A stretch of 64,000 nt of DNA. Source: Candidatus Cryosericum sp. Lineage in GTDB: Bacteria; Caldisericota; Caldisericia; Cryosericales; Cryosericaceae. The translations under genes and the position numbers were made by a program. Numbering within the stretch: position 1 is the stretch's first letter; every line of letters starts with the position of its first letter. The notes under the pieces are model-generated. The model saw only the letters and a program-made list of their open reading frames with translations, was not told where the DNA came from and ran no database searches. Where the stretch lies: positions 62,885 to 126,884 of the forward strand of contig JBNAWM010000001.1 of assembly GCA_049699855.1 (NCBI GenBank), in the 5' to 3' direction. Positions 39,762-51,100 of the stretch are shown piece after piece.

Positions 39762-40427
39762 TCAGTCTACGTCCTCACTGAAGAAGACCCTCTTGGGTGC
39801 ATCTCCCTTGTAGAGCCACACCTTGACTCCAATACGGCCAAACTTGATAAGGGCCGGCTCGTAGGAGTAGGTTACGTCTGCTTTCAAGGTCTGAAGCGGA
39901 ACACGACCCTCTCGGTACCATTCGGTACGCGCAATCTCGGCGCCGCCGAGACGACCACTGCACTGGACCTTGATTCCACCTGCACGAGCTCTCATGGCAC
40001 GCTTGATGACCTGCTTCATAGCGCGCTTGTATGAGACACGTTTCTCAATATCGGCAACAATGCTCTGAGCAAGGATCTTGGCATCGAGGTCGGGGTGCTT
40101 GATCTCCTTGACGTCAACGTGCAGTACTTCTTGCTTGTTTGTCAATGCCTTCTTGAGCTTTGCCTCGATCTTCTCGAGCTCAGCCTTGTTCCGTCCAATC
40201 AGAGCACCCGGACGGGCACTGTGAAGACGTACCGTCACATTGAAACCCTTTCTCAGAATCTCGACTTCCGAGATGGCAAAGTCACGCTCAATCTTGCCGA
40301 TCTCCTTGCGGATGTGATAGTCTTCGAGAACAAACTCGCTGTAGTTCCTCTTTGATGCAAACCACTTGGATTCCCAGTCCTGAGTAATGCCAAGCCTGAA
40401 TCCATACGGATGTACTTTCTGGCCCAC
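39762..40427 (-). CDS. rpsC: 30S ribosomal protein S3
   Basis: [33 protein letters not shown]. Confidence 0.99.
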   Translation of the reverse strand: MGQKVHPYGFRLGITQDWESKWFASKRNYSEFVLEDYHIRKEIGKIERDFAISEVEILRKGFNVTVRLHSARPGALIGRNKAELEKIEAKLKKALTNKQEVLHVDVKEIKHPDLDAKILAQSIVADIEKRVSYKRAMKQVIKRAMRARAGGIKVQCSGRLGGAEIARTEWYREGRVPLQTLKADVTYSYEPALIKFGRIGVKVWLYKGDAPKRVFFSEDVD

Positions 40428-40769
40428 CTAAGCCTCCTCTTTTTCAGCTACGCAGATGTAGATCCGCGAGAGCGGCTTGCGGATGATATCCGCGCGGCCC
40501 ATGCCTCTCGGGGAGACTCTCTTGATCCCACCCTGTCCATCAATGAGAATCCTGGACACATAAAGCGTGTCACGATTCATCTTGAAGTTGTTTTCCGCAT
40601 TAGCAGCGGCAGAGAGCAGGACCTTCTTGATCGTGACAGCAGGCCGATTGGGCAACGAGTCGAGAATGGCAACCGCCTGATCGATATTCTTTCCCCTGAC
40701 AAGGTCGGCAACCAACCTCGTCTTGAAAGGAGAAAGCCGAACGTGTTCAAGCTTTGCAAATGCTTCCAT
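40428..40769 (-). CDS. rplV: 50S ribosomal protein L22
   Basis: SPFKTRLVADLVRG, SAAANAENN, PRGMGRA. Confidence 0.98.
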   Translation of the reverse strand: MEAFAKLEHVRLSPFKTRLVADLVRGKNIDQAVAILDSLPNRPAVTIKKVLLSAAANAENNFKMNRDTLYVSRILIDGQGGIKRVSPRGMGRADIIRKPLSRIYICVAEKEEA

Positions 40770-40776
40770 ATCGCAC

Positions 40777-41061
40777 CTACTTCAATGCGCTTGTACGCGC
40801 TGTCGGGACGGTATGACCATGGAAGTTGCGGGTGAGAGCAAACTCACCAAGCCGGTGTCCGACCATAGCTTTTGAGATGTAGACAGGAACATGGGTCTTG
40901 CCATTGTGAATGGCAATCGTATGTCCTACCATCTCCTCAACCACAAACGATCGACGGCTCCATGTCTTGACGAGCTTCTTCTCGCCTTTTCGATTCATTT
41001 CCAGGATCCTGCCGAGCAAACGTTCCTCGACAAAGCCCTTGTTGGTCTTCGTATCACTCAT
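40777..41061 (-). CDS. rpsS: 30S ribosomal protein S19
   Basis: [25 protein letters not shown]. Confidence 0.98.
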   Translation of the reverse strand: MSDTKTNKGFVEERLLGRILEMNRKGEKKLVKTWSRRSFVVEEMVGHTIAIHNGKTHVPVYISKAMVGHRLGEFALTRNFHGHTVPTARTSALK

Positions 41062-41071
41062 CGGCGTTCTC

Positions 41072-41902
41072 CTAGTTTATACGCTTCAAGATATACTTGT
41101 CAGACTGATTCTTCTTCTTGCGGGTCTTATAGCCAAGAGTTGGCTTACCCCAGGGGGTAAGAGGCCCGGCATGTCCGACAGGAGACTTGCCTTCGCCACC
41201 ACCATGCGGATGGTCTATCGGGTTCATGACAACACCACGCACGCTCGGACGAATACCACGGTGACGTGTGCTGCCCGCCTTGCCAAACACTTCCTTGTTG
41301 TGGTCAAGATTGCCAACCTGTCCAATCGTGGCCCTGCAGTCGAGGGAAAACCGGCGGATCTCACCGGACGGCATGCGAACCTGAGCCCAGCCTGCCTCTT
41401 TTGCCAGAAGCTGAGCGGAGGCACCTGCAGCGCGAGCCACATGAGCCGACTTGCCTGGAAACAGCTCGATGTTGTGGATCGTCGTGCCCAGAGGCATTCT
41501 TGCCAGTTTGGTATTGTTGCCGGGTCGAATTTCGACATTGTCCCCGGACATAATCGTCTCCCCAATTTTTACACCTTCCGGGAGGAGGATGTAGGTCTTC
41601 TTGCCATTGGCATACTGCACGAGAGCGATGAGGGCAGAGCGGTTTGGATCAAATTCGATCTCCGCGATCTTCCCCGGAACATCATCCATGTCACGCGCAA
41701 AATCGATCACGCGATACAGCTGACGCGAACCGCCTCCATGGTGACGAACCATGATCTTGCCAGTGTTGTTGCGACCGGCCTGCTTTCGCAACCCGAAGGT
41801 CAGGGACTTTTCCGGCGTGTCCCGGGTAACCTCCGTGTGAATAAGCGTCTTTCTGGAGCGAATCCCAGGCGACGTCGGTTTATATGATCTCACAATACTC
41901 AT
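41072..41902 (-). CDS. rplB: 50S ribosomal protein L2
   Basis: [32 protein letters not shown]. Confidence 0.99.
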   Translation of the reverse strand: MSIVRSYKPTSPGIRSRKTLIHTEVTRDTPEKSLTFGLRKQAGRNNTGKIMVRHHGGGSRQLYRVIDFARDMDDVPGKIAEIEFDPNRSALIALVQYANGKKTYILLPEGVKIGETIMSGDNVEIRPGNNTKLARMPLGTTIHNIELFPGKSAHVARAAGASAQLLAKEAGWAQVRMPSGEIRRFSLDCRATIGQVGNLDHNKEVFGKAGSTRHRGIRPSVRGVVMNPIDHPHGGGEGKSPVGHAGPLTPWGKPTLGYKTRKKKNQSDKYILKRIN

Positions 41903-41912
41903 GGGGCACCCT

Positions 41913-42194
41913 CTATGAATTAGTGATGACGTCGATCTTGAAGCCTGGCATCAGCGCTACAATGGCCTTCTTCTTCGAAGGTGTCATGCCGATCGAAGCT
42001 TTCCGCATCCTCTTCTTGCCATGCGTTCTCAGCACGTTGACCCAGGCAACCTTGACCTTGAACATCTTCTCAACGGCATCCTTGATCTCCATCTTTGTGG
42101 AGTTCTTGACGACAATGAACTGGTACCTGCCTTCTTCGGTAAGGCTCATGCTCTTCTCTGTCACAATCGGATACAGCAGGATCTCCTTGCTCAT
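41913..42194 (-). CDS. rplW: 50S ribosomal protein L23
   Basis: PIVTEKS, KKKAIV. Confidence 0.98.
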   Translation of the reverse strand: MSKEILLYPIVTEKSMSLTEEGRYQFIVVKNSTKMEIKDAVEKMFKVKVAWVNVLRTHGKKRMRKASIGMTPSKKKAIVALMPGFKIDVITNS

Positions 42195-42814
42195 GCGTAC
42201 ACCTCCTCAGCACCCTTCAAAGCCTCTTCCGTGAAAACGATCGTGGAATGCAGGAGGACATCGTATGCGTTCAGCTCGGAGAAATGGAGCAAACCGAGCC
42301 GAGGCAGGTTAAGCCCCGAAAGAACCACTTCACCATTCTCTTCAGCAAACACCAGCAATGCGTTCTCTGGAATACCTGCTGTCTTGAGAGCCGTCAGAAG
42401 AGCTTTCGTCTTGGGCTGTTCCAGCTTGAGCCCGCGGAGAACAACAACAGCGTTCTCGCTCGCACGCTGGGTCAGCGCGCTCAAGATCGCACTGCGCTTC
42501 GTAGACTTGTTCAGATCAAGCGTGAAGTCTCTGGCTTTCGGACCGAACACGACACCGCCGCCCTTCCATTGAGGGGCCCGCTTGTTGCCCTGGCGCGCAT
42601 GCCCTGTACCCTTCTGTTTCCAGACCTTCTTCTTTGTTTTGTTGATCTCGCTGCGGCCTTTGGTGTTGGCAGTTCCACGGCGCAAGCCAGCCAGGAACTT
42701 CTTGACACCCATGTACATTGCCGTTTCGTTAATGCTCGCAGCAAAGAGCCCCTCTGCCAGTTCAATCTCACCAGCATCGGCGCCTGTGACATCAATCATC
42801 TTCACAGTACTCAT
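42191..42814 (-). CDS. rplD: 50S ribosomal protein L4
   Basis: KQKGTGHARQG, GGGVVFGPK; start at MSTVKM. Confidence 0.98.
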   Translation of the reverse strand: MSTVKMIDVTGADAGEIELAEGLFAASINETAMYMGVKKFLAGLRRGTANTKGRSEINKTKKKVWKQKGTGHARQGNKRAPQWKGGGVVFGPKARDFTLDLNKSTKRSAILSALTQRASENAVVVLRGLKLEQPKTKALLTALKTAGIPENALLVFAEENGEVVLSGLNLPRLGLLHFSELNAYDVLLHSTIVFTEEALKGAEEVYA

Positions 42815-42825
42815 ATCTCTACCTC

Positions 42826-43431
42826 TCAAGCCCTGATCGTCAGGAGCGCGTTGTCCGCGCCAGGAATGCTACCCTTGACCACGAGCAGATTCTTGTCGGC
42901 ATCCAGGGCGATCACCTTGATTCCGGTGACCGTTGTCGTCTGCGAGCCCATGTGGCCAGCCATCTTGTGATTCTTGAAAACGCGACCGGGAGTCAGACGG
43001 CAACCAATTGCTCCCACACGCCGAAGTCCCTTGGATCCATGGCTCTTGAACCATCCTGCAAAGTGCCACCGTTTCACCGGTCCCTGATATCCCTTGCCCT
43101 TGGATACAGCCGTAATGGTAAGAGCTGGAACACCGTCGAAAATGCTTACATCGATCTTCTGTCCCACAGTCCCTTCCATGCCCCGGAACTCCTTGAGGTG
43201 TCTCAGCGTGGGAACTCCTGCCTTCTTGCAAACGCCCGTCTCGGGCTTGTTTACCAGAGAGGCCCGCCCTTCCTCGTATCCAAGTTTCAAGCCCTCGTAG
43301 CCATTACGTTCCTTCGTGAGCACGTCGACCACAAAACATGGGCCAGCCTGTATCACGGTAGCGGGCACGAATTTATCCTCATGAAACACGCTGGTCATAC
43401 CAATCTTCTTGCCGATTATACCCTTGCTCAT
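42826..43431 (-). CDS. rplC: 50S ribosomal protein L3
   Basis: [29 protein letters not shown]; start at MSKGII. Confidence 0.98.
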   Translation of the reverse strand: MSKGIIGKKIGMTSVFHEDKFVPATVIQAGPCFVVDVLTKERNGYEGLKLGYEEGRASLVNKPETGVCKKAGVPTLRHLKEFRGMEGTVGQKIDVSIFDGVPALTITAVSKGKGYQGPVKRWHFAGWFKSHGSKGLRRVGAIGCRLTPGRVFKNHKMAGHMGSQTTTVTGIKVIALDADKNLLVVKGSIPGADNALLTIRA

Positions 43432-43444
43432 CTCGACCACCAGC

Positions 43445-43753
43445 CTACAACTTGATCTCGATGTCCACTCCCTGCGGAAGGTCAAGGCCCATAAGTGCCT
43501 TGGTTACCTCAGGAGTCGGATTGCTTATCTCAATAAGCCGTTTGTGCACACGCATTTCAAACTGCTCACGGGACTTCTTGTCAACATGTGGAGACCGGAG
43601 AACGGTAAAAATGCTCTTCTCCGTCGGCAGCGGAATGGGCCCTGAAACACGGGCTCCAGCCTGCTGAATGATCTCCACAATTTTCCCAGCCCAGATATCC
43701 AGCGTTCTGTGATCGAACGCTCTCAGCCTAATACGAACTTTCTGCTTCGCCAT
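43445..43753 (-). CDS. rpsJ: 30S ribosomal protein S10
   Basis: [29 protein letters not shown]. Confidence 0.99.
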   Translation of the reverse strand: MAKQKVRIRLRAFDHRTLDIWAGKIVEIIQQAGARVSGPIPLPTEKSIFTVLRSPHVDKKSREQFEMRVHKRLIEISNPTPEVTKALMGLDLPQGVDIEIKL

Positions 43754-43782
43754 AGCAACTCCTTGGATGAATGACTGCCCGA

Positions 43783-44991
43783 CTACTCCAGAATCTTGGT
43801 AACGACGCCGGCGCCAACCGTACGCCCACCCTCACGGATGGCGAAGCGGAGGCCTTCCTCCATGGCAATGTGCGTCATGAGGGTCACGGTCATCACAACA
43901 TTGTCACCAGGCATGGCCATTTCCTGACCTTCAGGAAGGGCGATGGAACCGGTCACATCGGTGGTACGGAAGTAGAACTGGGGCTTGTAGCCAGGGAAGA
44001 AGGGCTTGTGACGGCCACCTTCTGCCTGGGACAGGATGTAGACCTGTGCCTCGAACTTTGTGTGCGGAGTGATGGAACCAGGCTTGACAATGACCTGTCC
44101 ACGGCGCACGTCGTCATGCTCGACGCCACGGAGCAGGAGTCCAACGTTGTCGCCTGCCTCGCCATCGTCCAGCAGCTTGTGGAACATCTCGATGCCGGTG
44201 ACAACGGTCTTGCGGGTCTCTTCCGAGAGGCCGACGATCTCAACGTTGTCGCCCATCTTGACGATGCCACGCTCAATACGACCGGTAGCAACGGTGCCAC
44301 GGCCTGTGATGGTGAACACGTCTTCAACGGCAAGCAGGAAGGGCTTGTCGGTTGGACGGACGGGGGTCGGGATGTAGGAATCGACGGCATCCATGAGTTC
44401 CCAGATCTTGTCGGTCCACTCGTTCTTGCCACGGGAGCAGTCCCCTTCATACTCCATCGCCTTGAGGGCGGAACCACGGATGATGGGGGTTGCATCTCCA
44501 TCGAAGTCATTCTTCTTCAGGAGATCGCGGACTTCCATCTCGACAAGGTCGATCAGTTCGGGATCATCTACCTGGTCTACCTTGTTGAGGAAGACCACGA
44601 TCCTCGGGACATTGACCTGGTGCGCAAGCAGGAGGTGTTCACGCGTCTGAGGCATGGGGCCCTCGGATGCAGCCACAACGAGAATGGCCCCATCCATCTG
44701 GGCGGCACCGGTGATCATGTTCTTGATGTAATCTGCGTGCCCAGGGCAATCGATGTGCGCATAATGACGCTTCTCGGTTTCATACTCGGCATGGTGGGCA
44801 TTGATCGTGACGCCACGGGCCTTCTCTTCCGGTGCGTTGTCGATCTCGTCGTACCGCTTGACCGCCGTATGGCCCAAGGTCGCAAGACACTTCGTGATCG
44901 CAGCCGTCAAGGTCGTCTTGCCATGGTCGACGTGACCGATGGTTCCGATGTTGACGTGCGGCTTGTTACGCTCAAACTTCTCTTTCGCCAT
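43783..44991 (-). CDS. tuf: Elongation factor Tu (str-operon copy)
   Basis: Same protein as 20189-21397; follows fusA. Confidence 0.99.
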   Translation of the reverse strand: MAKEKFERNKPHVNIGTIGHVDHGKTTLTAAITKCLATLGHTAVKRYDEIDNAPEEKARGVTINAHHAEYETEKRHYAHIDCPGHADYIKNMITGAAQMDGAILVVAASEGPMPQTREHLLLAHQVNVPRIVVFLNKVDQVDDPELIDLVEMEVRDLLKKNDFDGDATPIIRGSALKAMEYEGDCSRGKNEWTDKIWELMDAVDSYIPTPVRPTDKPFLLAVEDVFTITGRGTVATGRIERGIVKMGDNVEIVGLSEETRKTVVTGIEMFHKLLDDGEAGDNVGLLLRGVEHDDVRRGQVIVKPGSITPHTKFEAQVYILSQAEGGRHKPFFPGYKPQFYFRTTDVTGSIALPEGQEMAMPGDNVVMTVTLMTHIAMEEGLRFAIREGGRTVGAGVVTKILE

Positions 44992-45004
44992 TATAACCTC
45001 CCGT
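43783..45004 (-). repeat. Direct repeat copy 2 (tuf plus 13 nt upstream), apparently identical to 20189-21410
   Basis: See copy 1. Confidence 0.93.
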
Positions 45005-45008
45005 CTGA

Positions 45009-47099
45009 TTAAGCCTTGCTAGACAAGCCTTCGAACTTCGTGACAACCTGCTCTCGAACTTCTTCAGAAACCTTCTGATAGTGCGAAAACTCCATGGAAA
45101 ACGAACCGCGTCCCTGTGTCAGGGAACGCAGAATCGTCGTATAGCCAAACATGGCAGCAAGAGGCGCAGAAGACTCCACAACCTGCAAGTGGCCACGGTC
45201 CTGAATCTGCTGGATGGTACCTCTCCTTGCCGTGACACTTCCAATGACATCACCGATGTTCTCCTTCGGAACAACAATCTCGAGTTTCATGATCGGTTCA
45301 AGAAGAAATGGGGACGCTTTTGTGCAACCCTCGCGCAATGCCTTCGACGCAGCAATCTTGAATGCCATCTCCGAAGAGTCAACAGGGTGATAGGACCCAT
45401 CGGTCAGTGCAACAGATACGTCGACGAGCGGAAACCCAAGAATGGGGCCAGAGGTCGCTGCCTCGCGCACACCAGCCTCAATGGCCGAAATGAACTGCTT
45501 CGGCACCGATCCACCGACTGTCTTGTTCACGAATACGATTCCTGATCCCCGCTCACCTGGACCTATCCTCAGGACAACGTCGCCGTACTGACCGTGTCCA
45601 CCAGTCTGCTTAATATACTTCCCCTGCTGAACGACTTCACGCCCGATTGCCTCACGATAGGCGACCTGAGGCTCACCGACGCTCGCGTTGACGCCGTACT
45701 CCCGAAGAAGACGATCAATGATAATCTCCAGGTGGAGCTCGCCCATTCCTGAGATGATGGTCTCCGACGTTTCTTCGTCGGTCTTGATGCGGAACGTGGG
45801 GTCTTCAATCGCGAACTTCGCAAGCGAAGCGGCCAGTTTCTGCTGGTCAGCCTTCGTCTTGGGTTCAACCGCCACAGAGACTACCGGCTCAGGAAAGTGC
45901 ATCGTTTCCAGTTGAATCAGCCTGTTCTCGTCACACAACGTGGTGCCCGTAATAACATCCCTGGAACCAACAATGGCACCAAGATCACCAGCCCCAAGCT
46001 CTTCAATGTCCTCACGCTTGTTGGCATGCATCCGCAGGAGTCTGCTTACGCGCTGCTTATCCCCTGTATTCGCATTCACAACGTAGGAGCTGCTCTTCAT
46101 AACTCCCGAGTACACACGAATGTACGACAGGATCCCAACATACGGATCCGAGACAATCTTGAAAACAAGTGCAACCAGCGGCCCGTTGACATCGCTGGTC
46201 ACTTCGACTTTCTCGTCAGTTCCCGGATTCTTGCCAACGGCTGGTTTGACATCCAGCGGCGAGGGAAGATAGTCAACAATTCCGTCGAGCAGGGGCTGAA
46301 TGCCCTTGTTGCGGAAAGACGATCCTACAAAAACCGGTACGATTAGATTGGCAATGGTCGCTCGGCGAAGCGCAGGTTTGACGTGGTTCCATTCCATTGT
46401 TCCGGTGGCCACGTATTCCTCGAGGGCCTCATCATCCACCTCGGCCACAGCCTCGATCAAATGCTCTCGAGCCTCGGCAACCTCGGCTGCTTCCTGATCA
46501 TCGAGCTGAAGCGTCTCAAAGGTCTCGCCCGTCGGATCAGAGAAGAGATACTTTTTCCCTTCCATGACATCGAGCACACCCATGAAGCTGTCCTCTTTTC
46601 CAACCGGCAGCTGAACAATCGCCGGCCGCGCGCCAAGCTTCTCGCGAATCGCCTCAATCGTCTTGTCGAAGTCTGCACCCACTCGATCAAACTTGTTGAT
46701 GTAGACAATACGCGGTACATGATACTTGTCGGCTTGCCGCCACACCGTCTCAGATTGAGCCTGAACTCCCTCAACCCCAGACAGGATGATGACACCGCCA
46801 TCAAGCACTCTCAGAGCGCGTTCTACCTCTGCTGTGAAGTCCACGTGGCCGGGCGTATCAATAATGTTAATCTTGAAGCCCCTCCACGAAGCTGTGACAA
46901 CAGCAGATTGAATGGTAATACCGCGTTCGCGCTCCTGAGGCAGAAAATCGGTCGTCGTGTTGCCATCATCGACGTTTCCCAGCTTGTACGTCGACCCGGT
47001 GTAGTACAGAATCCGCTCCGAGGTCGTCGTCTTGCCGGCATCAATGTGAGCAATAATGCCGATATTCCGTATGTCGTTCAAATCCTTCTGATTAAGCAT
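45009..47099 (-). CDS. fusA: Elongation factor G (canonical)
   Basis: [24 protein letters not shown]; between rpsG and tuf. Confidence 0.99.
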   Translation of the reverse strand: MLNQKDLNDIRNIGIIAHIDAGKTTTSERILYYTGSTYKLGNVDDGNTTTDFLPQERERGITIQSAVVTASWRGFKINIIDTPGHVDFTAEVERALRVLDGGVIILSGVEGVQAQSETVWRQADKYHVPRIVYINKFDRVGADFDKTIEAIREKLGARPAIVQLPVGKEDSFMGVLDVMEGKKYLFSDPTGETFETLQLDDQEAAEVAEAREHLIEAVAEVDDEALEEYVATGTMEWNHVKPALRRATIANLIVPVFVGSSFRNKGIQPLLDGIVDYLPSPLDVKPAVGKNPGTDEKVEVTSDVNGPLVALVFKIVSDPYVGILSYIRVYSGVMKSSSYVVNANTGDKQRVSRLLRMHANKREDIEELGAGDLGAIVGSRDVITGTTLCDENRLIQLETMHFPEPVVSVAVEPKTKADQQKLAASLAKFAIEDPTFRIKTDEETSETIISGMGELHLEIIIDRLLREYGVNASVGEPQVAYREAIGREVVQQGKYIKQTGGHGQYGDVVLRIGPGERGSGIVFVNKTVGGSVPKQFISAIEAGVREAATSGPILGFPLVDVSVALTDGSYHPVDSSEMAFKIAASKALREGCTKASPFLLEPIMKLEIVVPKENIGDVIGSVTARRGTIQQIQDRGHLQVVESSAPLAAMFGYTTILRSLTQGRGSFSMEFSHYQKVSEEVREQVVTKFEGLSSKA

Positions 47100-47121
47100 G
47101 CAATACCACTAACTCCTAACT

Positions 47122-47592
47122 CTACCAGCGATAGTGAGAGTACGACTTGTTCGCCTCTGCCATGCGGTGGACATCTGACTTCTTCTTGAATGCAGCACCA
47201 GTCTCGGAAACTGCATCAATCATTTCGTATGCGATCTTCTCAGCCATCGACTTGCCAGCCCTCTTCTTGGCTCCATCGACAATCCACTCCATGCTGAGAT
47301 TGATTCCACGACGGGACTCAACTTCCACCGGAACCTGGAGTGTAGCTCCTCCTACCCTGCGGGGCTTCACCTCAACCAAAGGCCTGCACTTTTCAACAGC
47401 CTGCTGGAATACTTCGATCCCAGGCTTGGCACCCTTTTCATCAATCAGTTTGAGAGCGCCATACACGATGCCCTGGGCTTTCACTTTCTTGCCCTTCTTG
47501 AGGATCTTGTTGATGAAATGGTTCAGCAACTCACTGTTGTAAATCGGATCAGACTGAGCTGGCTTGCGAAACTGTCTAATCTTTCTAGGCAT
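47122..47592 (-). CDS. rpsG: 30S ribosomal protein S7
   Basis: RRVGGATLQVP, VHRMAEANK. Confidence 0.99.
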   Translation of the reverse strand: MPRKIRQFRKPAQSDPIYNSELLNHFINKILKKGKKVKAQGIVYGALKLIDEKGAKPGIEVFQQAVEKCRPLVEVKPRRVGGATLQVPVEVESRRGINLSMEWIVDGAKKRAGKSMAEKIAYEMIDAVSETGAAFKKKSDVHRMAEANKSYSHYRW

Positions 47593-47993
47593 TACTTGCC
47601 ACCTTTCTTTACAGCGGCGCCTTTCTTGGCTCGCTTAGCTCCATACTTCGACCGCGCTTTCATGCGATTGGCCACGCCTGCAGTGTCCAGTGTTCCACGG
47701 ATAATGTGATACCGCACGCCTGGCAGATCCTTGACTCTGCCACCGCGGATCAGCACCATCGAGTGCTCCTGGAGGTTATGGCCAATACCGCCAATATAGG
47801 CTGTGACTTCCATTCCATTGGTCAGGCGGACTCTCGCGATTTTGCGAAGCGCGGAGTTCGGCTTCTTCGGTGTTGCTGTCTTGACCTGGGTGCAGACCCC
47901 TCGTTTCTGTGGACTACCCTTGAGAGCCGGAGTCTTGGTCTTGAACTTCGGCTGCACGCGGGGAGACCGCACCAGCTGGTTAAATGTAGCCAT
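47592..47993 (-). CDS. rpsL: 30S ribosomal protein S12
   Basis: [23 protein letters not shown]; start at MATFNQ. Confidence 0.99.
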   Translation of the reverse strand: MATFNQLVRSPRVQPKFKTKTPALKGSPQKRGVCTQVKTATPKKPNSALRKIARVRLTNGMEVTAYIGGIGHNLQEHSMVLIRGGRVKDLPGVRYHIIRGTLDTAGVANRMKARSKYGAKRAKKGAAVKKGGK

Positions 47994-48030
47994 ACAGGTT
48001 CCTCCTAAGAACGTAAATACACATCTCCAT

Positions 48031-48058
48031 ATAATACGCATTCGGAGCCATGTGTCAA
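48031..48058 (-). promoter_or_regulatory. sigma70-type promoter of the str operon
   Basis: TTGACA-N16-TATTAT. Confidence 0.8.
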
Positions 48059-48140
48059 GCACCGGCTCCTTGACAAACGATCATCCGGGGCCAAAGGTTC
48101 CGTTTCCAATGCCTCTGGCCCGACTTCTCACTATACAGCT

Positions 48141-51100
48141 CTATCTCATTCCCAGTCGCTTTGGCGGCTCAGCCTCCAGTTGTGCATCTCGATTTGCGAA
48201 GATCAGTTCCGGTGAAGAGGTGCCGGCAGGGATGGACTTGCCGACGATCACCGCTTCCTTGAGCCCAGTCAAACGATCGATCTTTCCCTTGATAGCGGCG
48301 TCAGCCAATACTCGAGGAGTCTCCTGGAAGGAGGCCGCGGACAGGAAACTGTCTGTTTCCAGAGAGGACTTAGTGATACCCTGAAGCACGAGGTCAAACG
48401 ATGCCGGTTTGCCCCCCTGTGCACGCACCTTGCGATTCTGATGCAAGAGCTCGTGCTTGCTCACAATCTGGTCTGTGAAGAACGTCGTATCACCCGGGTC
48501 AATGACCTTCACCTTCTTGAGCATCTGGCGAATGATCATCTCAACGTGCTTCACGTTGATGTCAACACCCTGAGAGCGATAGACCTTCTGAACCTCCTGA
48601 ACCAGATACCGCGCCGTTTCCTCCACGCCCACCAGCTCAAGAAGGTTTTTCGGATCAATCGAGCCCTCGGTCAACTGCTCGCCTACCATGACATGGTCGC
48701 CGTCTTTGACACGGAACCTGGCATTGGCAGAAACCTTGAACTTGACTTCGATACCTGCACCGTCGGCGATGATGATCTGCTTCCGGTCCTCCTGGCCCTT
48801 TTCCTTCAACTCGGCCAATCTGAAGACTCCGTCGATGGGCGAAACCAGGGCCTGTCCCTTTGGCGTGCGTCCCTCGAAGATCTCCTCGACACGAGGCAGA
48901 CCGGTCGTAATATCGACGACAGCAATACCGCCGGTGTGGAACGTGCGGAGCGTTAGCTGGGTCCCTGGTTCACCGATGGATTGTGCTGCAATGACTCCGA
49001 CCGCCTCGCCAACCTGGACATCGCCACCGGTGGAGAGATCGCGCCCGTAACACATGGCGCAGACTCCATTTTCGCTCTGACACGTAATGGGGGAGCGCAA
49101 GCGGACGCTTGTAATACCAAACTGCTCAATGGCGACTGCTATCTCGTCCCGAATGAGACCATCTTTGGGCACCAGCACAATATCCTCGTCGACGGCAACC
49201 TGCACTGAGGCAATGCCGCCGCGCTTTGCTGCAGCAAGGACCTTGTCGGTCAGCGGTTCACCCTTCTTCCCGACAGTACGGGCGCCATCCGAGGAAACAA
49301 TATCTTCTGCAAGAGGCCGCTCCATGATGCGCTCCAGCGTTGTCCTTGACCAGCCCGGGTTCACGGGGATGGTGGAAGCGCGAAGGACAATATCGTCAGC
49401 TGCATAGCGGCCCGCGATCTGTTCCTTCAGGCCGACAATCACGGCTCCTCCGTCAACAACCGGCTGAACCATGAGACCACCAACGTACCGCTGGATCTTC
49501 AATGACTTGAGACCCAGACTCTCCAGCCTCTTTGCCTGTTCCCAGGAAATCTCCTCGCCCGGTTCGATGATTGTTTCGCCCGTCAGCGGATTGACGACCT
49601 TCTCGTCGGCGATCTTGCCCGCCAGTTCGTCCGAAAGCGGCGAAACAACAAGGTTTCCAATCTTGATCTCACGAGCCACGGAGTGCGTGCAGTCCTGCTC
49701 GCGTACCACCAGCTCATGCGCAACGTCGACAAGACGACGGGTCAGGTAGCCCGAGTCCGACGTCTTCAAGGCGGTGTCAGCCTGCCCCTTGCGCGTGCCG
49801 TGAGTGGAAAGGAAATACTCCAGCACGGAGAGCCCCTCACGTAGATTGGATTTGATAGGGAATTCGATGATCTTGCCCGATGGATCTGACATAAGCCCTC
49901 GGATGCCGGTCATCTGGACGATCTGCTTCTTGCTTCCGCGGGCTCCCGAATCGGCCATGATGCGCACCGAGTTCTCTTCGGTCAAATTGCGGAAGACGGC
50001 TTTCTCGATTTCTTCGCCCTTTTCCTGCCAAACCTTGACGACTTTCAGATACCGGTCGGTGTAGGACAGAAGACCCTCGTCATAGAAGTTGTTGATCTCA
50101 CGGACGGTCCGATCGGCATCGTCGAGGATGTGTTTCCGTTCGGGCGGCACTTCCATGTCTGACAGGCCGATCGACATGCCTGACTCGGTCGCATATTTGA
50201 ATCCAAGCGCTTTGATGTTGTCGAGCAGAACACTGGCCTTCGACACACCAAACTGGCGCGAGAAGTCCAGGATCATGGCTTCGATCTCCTTCTTGGGCAT
50301 GGTCTTGTTCACAAAGGGGAAGTCGGCGTACTTGGCCTCACCTTCAAAAATGCCTGACCGCAGCTCATCGTTGAAAACAACCCTTCCGGCGGTGGTCCGA
50401 ATCTTGGCCGTCCCAATCCGGACAAGGACAGGGTCGTGCACGCGCAGCTTGCCGGACTCAAAGAGATACAGCACGTCCCGCTCGCTGTAGACGGGGGCCG
50501 AGTTCCACTTCATCGCCTTCATCTTGTCTTTCACTTCATAGGTAAGGTAGTACGAGCCAAGCACCATGTCCTGGACTGGTCCTGCCATTGGATTGCCGCT
50601 TGCCGGAGAGAAGATGTTGTACGACGACAGCATGAGCAGGCGAGCTTCTGTCTGCGCGGCAAGGCTCAAGGGAAGATGTATGGCCATCTGGTCTCCGTCG
50701 AAGTCCGCATTGAAGGGCGTACAAACGAGGGGAGAAATCTGGATGGCCTTCTCGTCGATGAGCACCGGTTCGAACGCCTGAATAGAGAGGCGGTGCAGCG
50801 TCGGGGCACGGTTCAGCAACACAACATTGCCCTTCACGACTTTCTCCAGGATGTTCCACACTTCGGGGGTCGGTTTCTCGACGATGTCCTTGGCAACCTT
50901 CATGCTGCCAACAACGCCCTCCCGCATAAGCCGGTAGATGACATGGGGCTTGAACAGCTCCAGCGCCATCTCCTTGGGAACACCACACTGACTGATCTTG
51001 AGCTGCGGTCCGGAAACGATGACTGCACGCCCAGAATAGTCGACACGCTTGCCCAGCAGGTTCTGACGGAAGCGGCCTTCCTTGCCCTTGAGCTTGTCAC

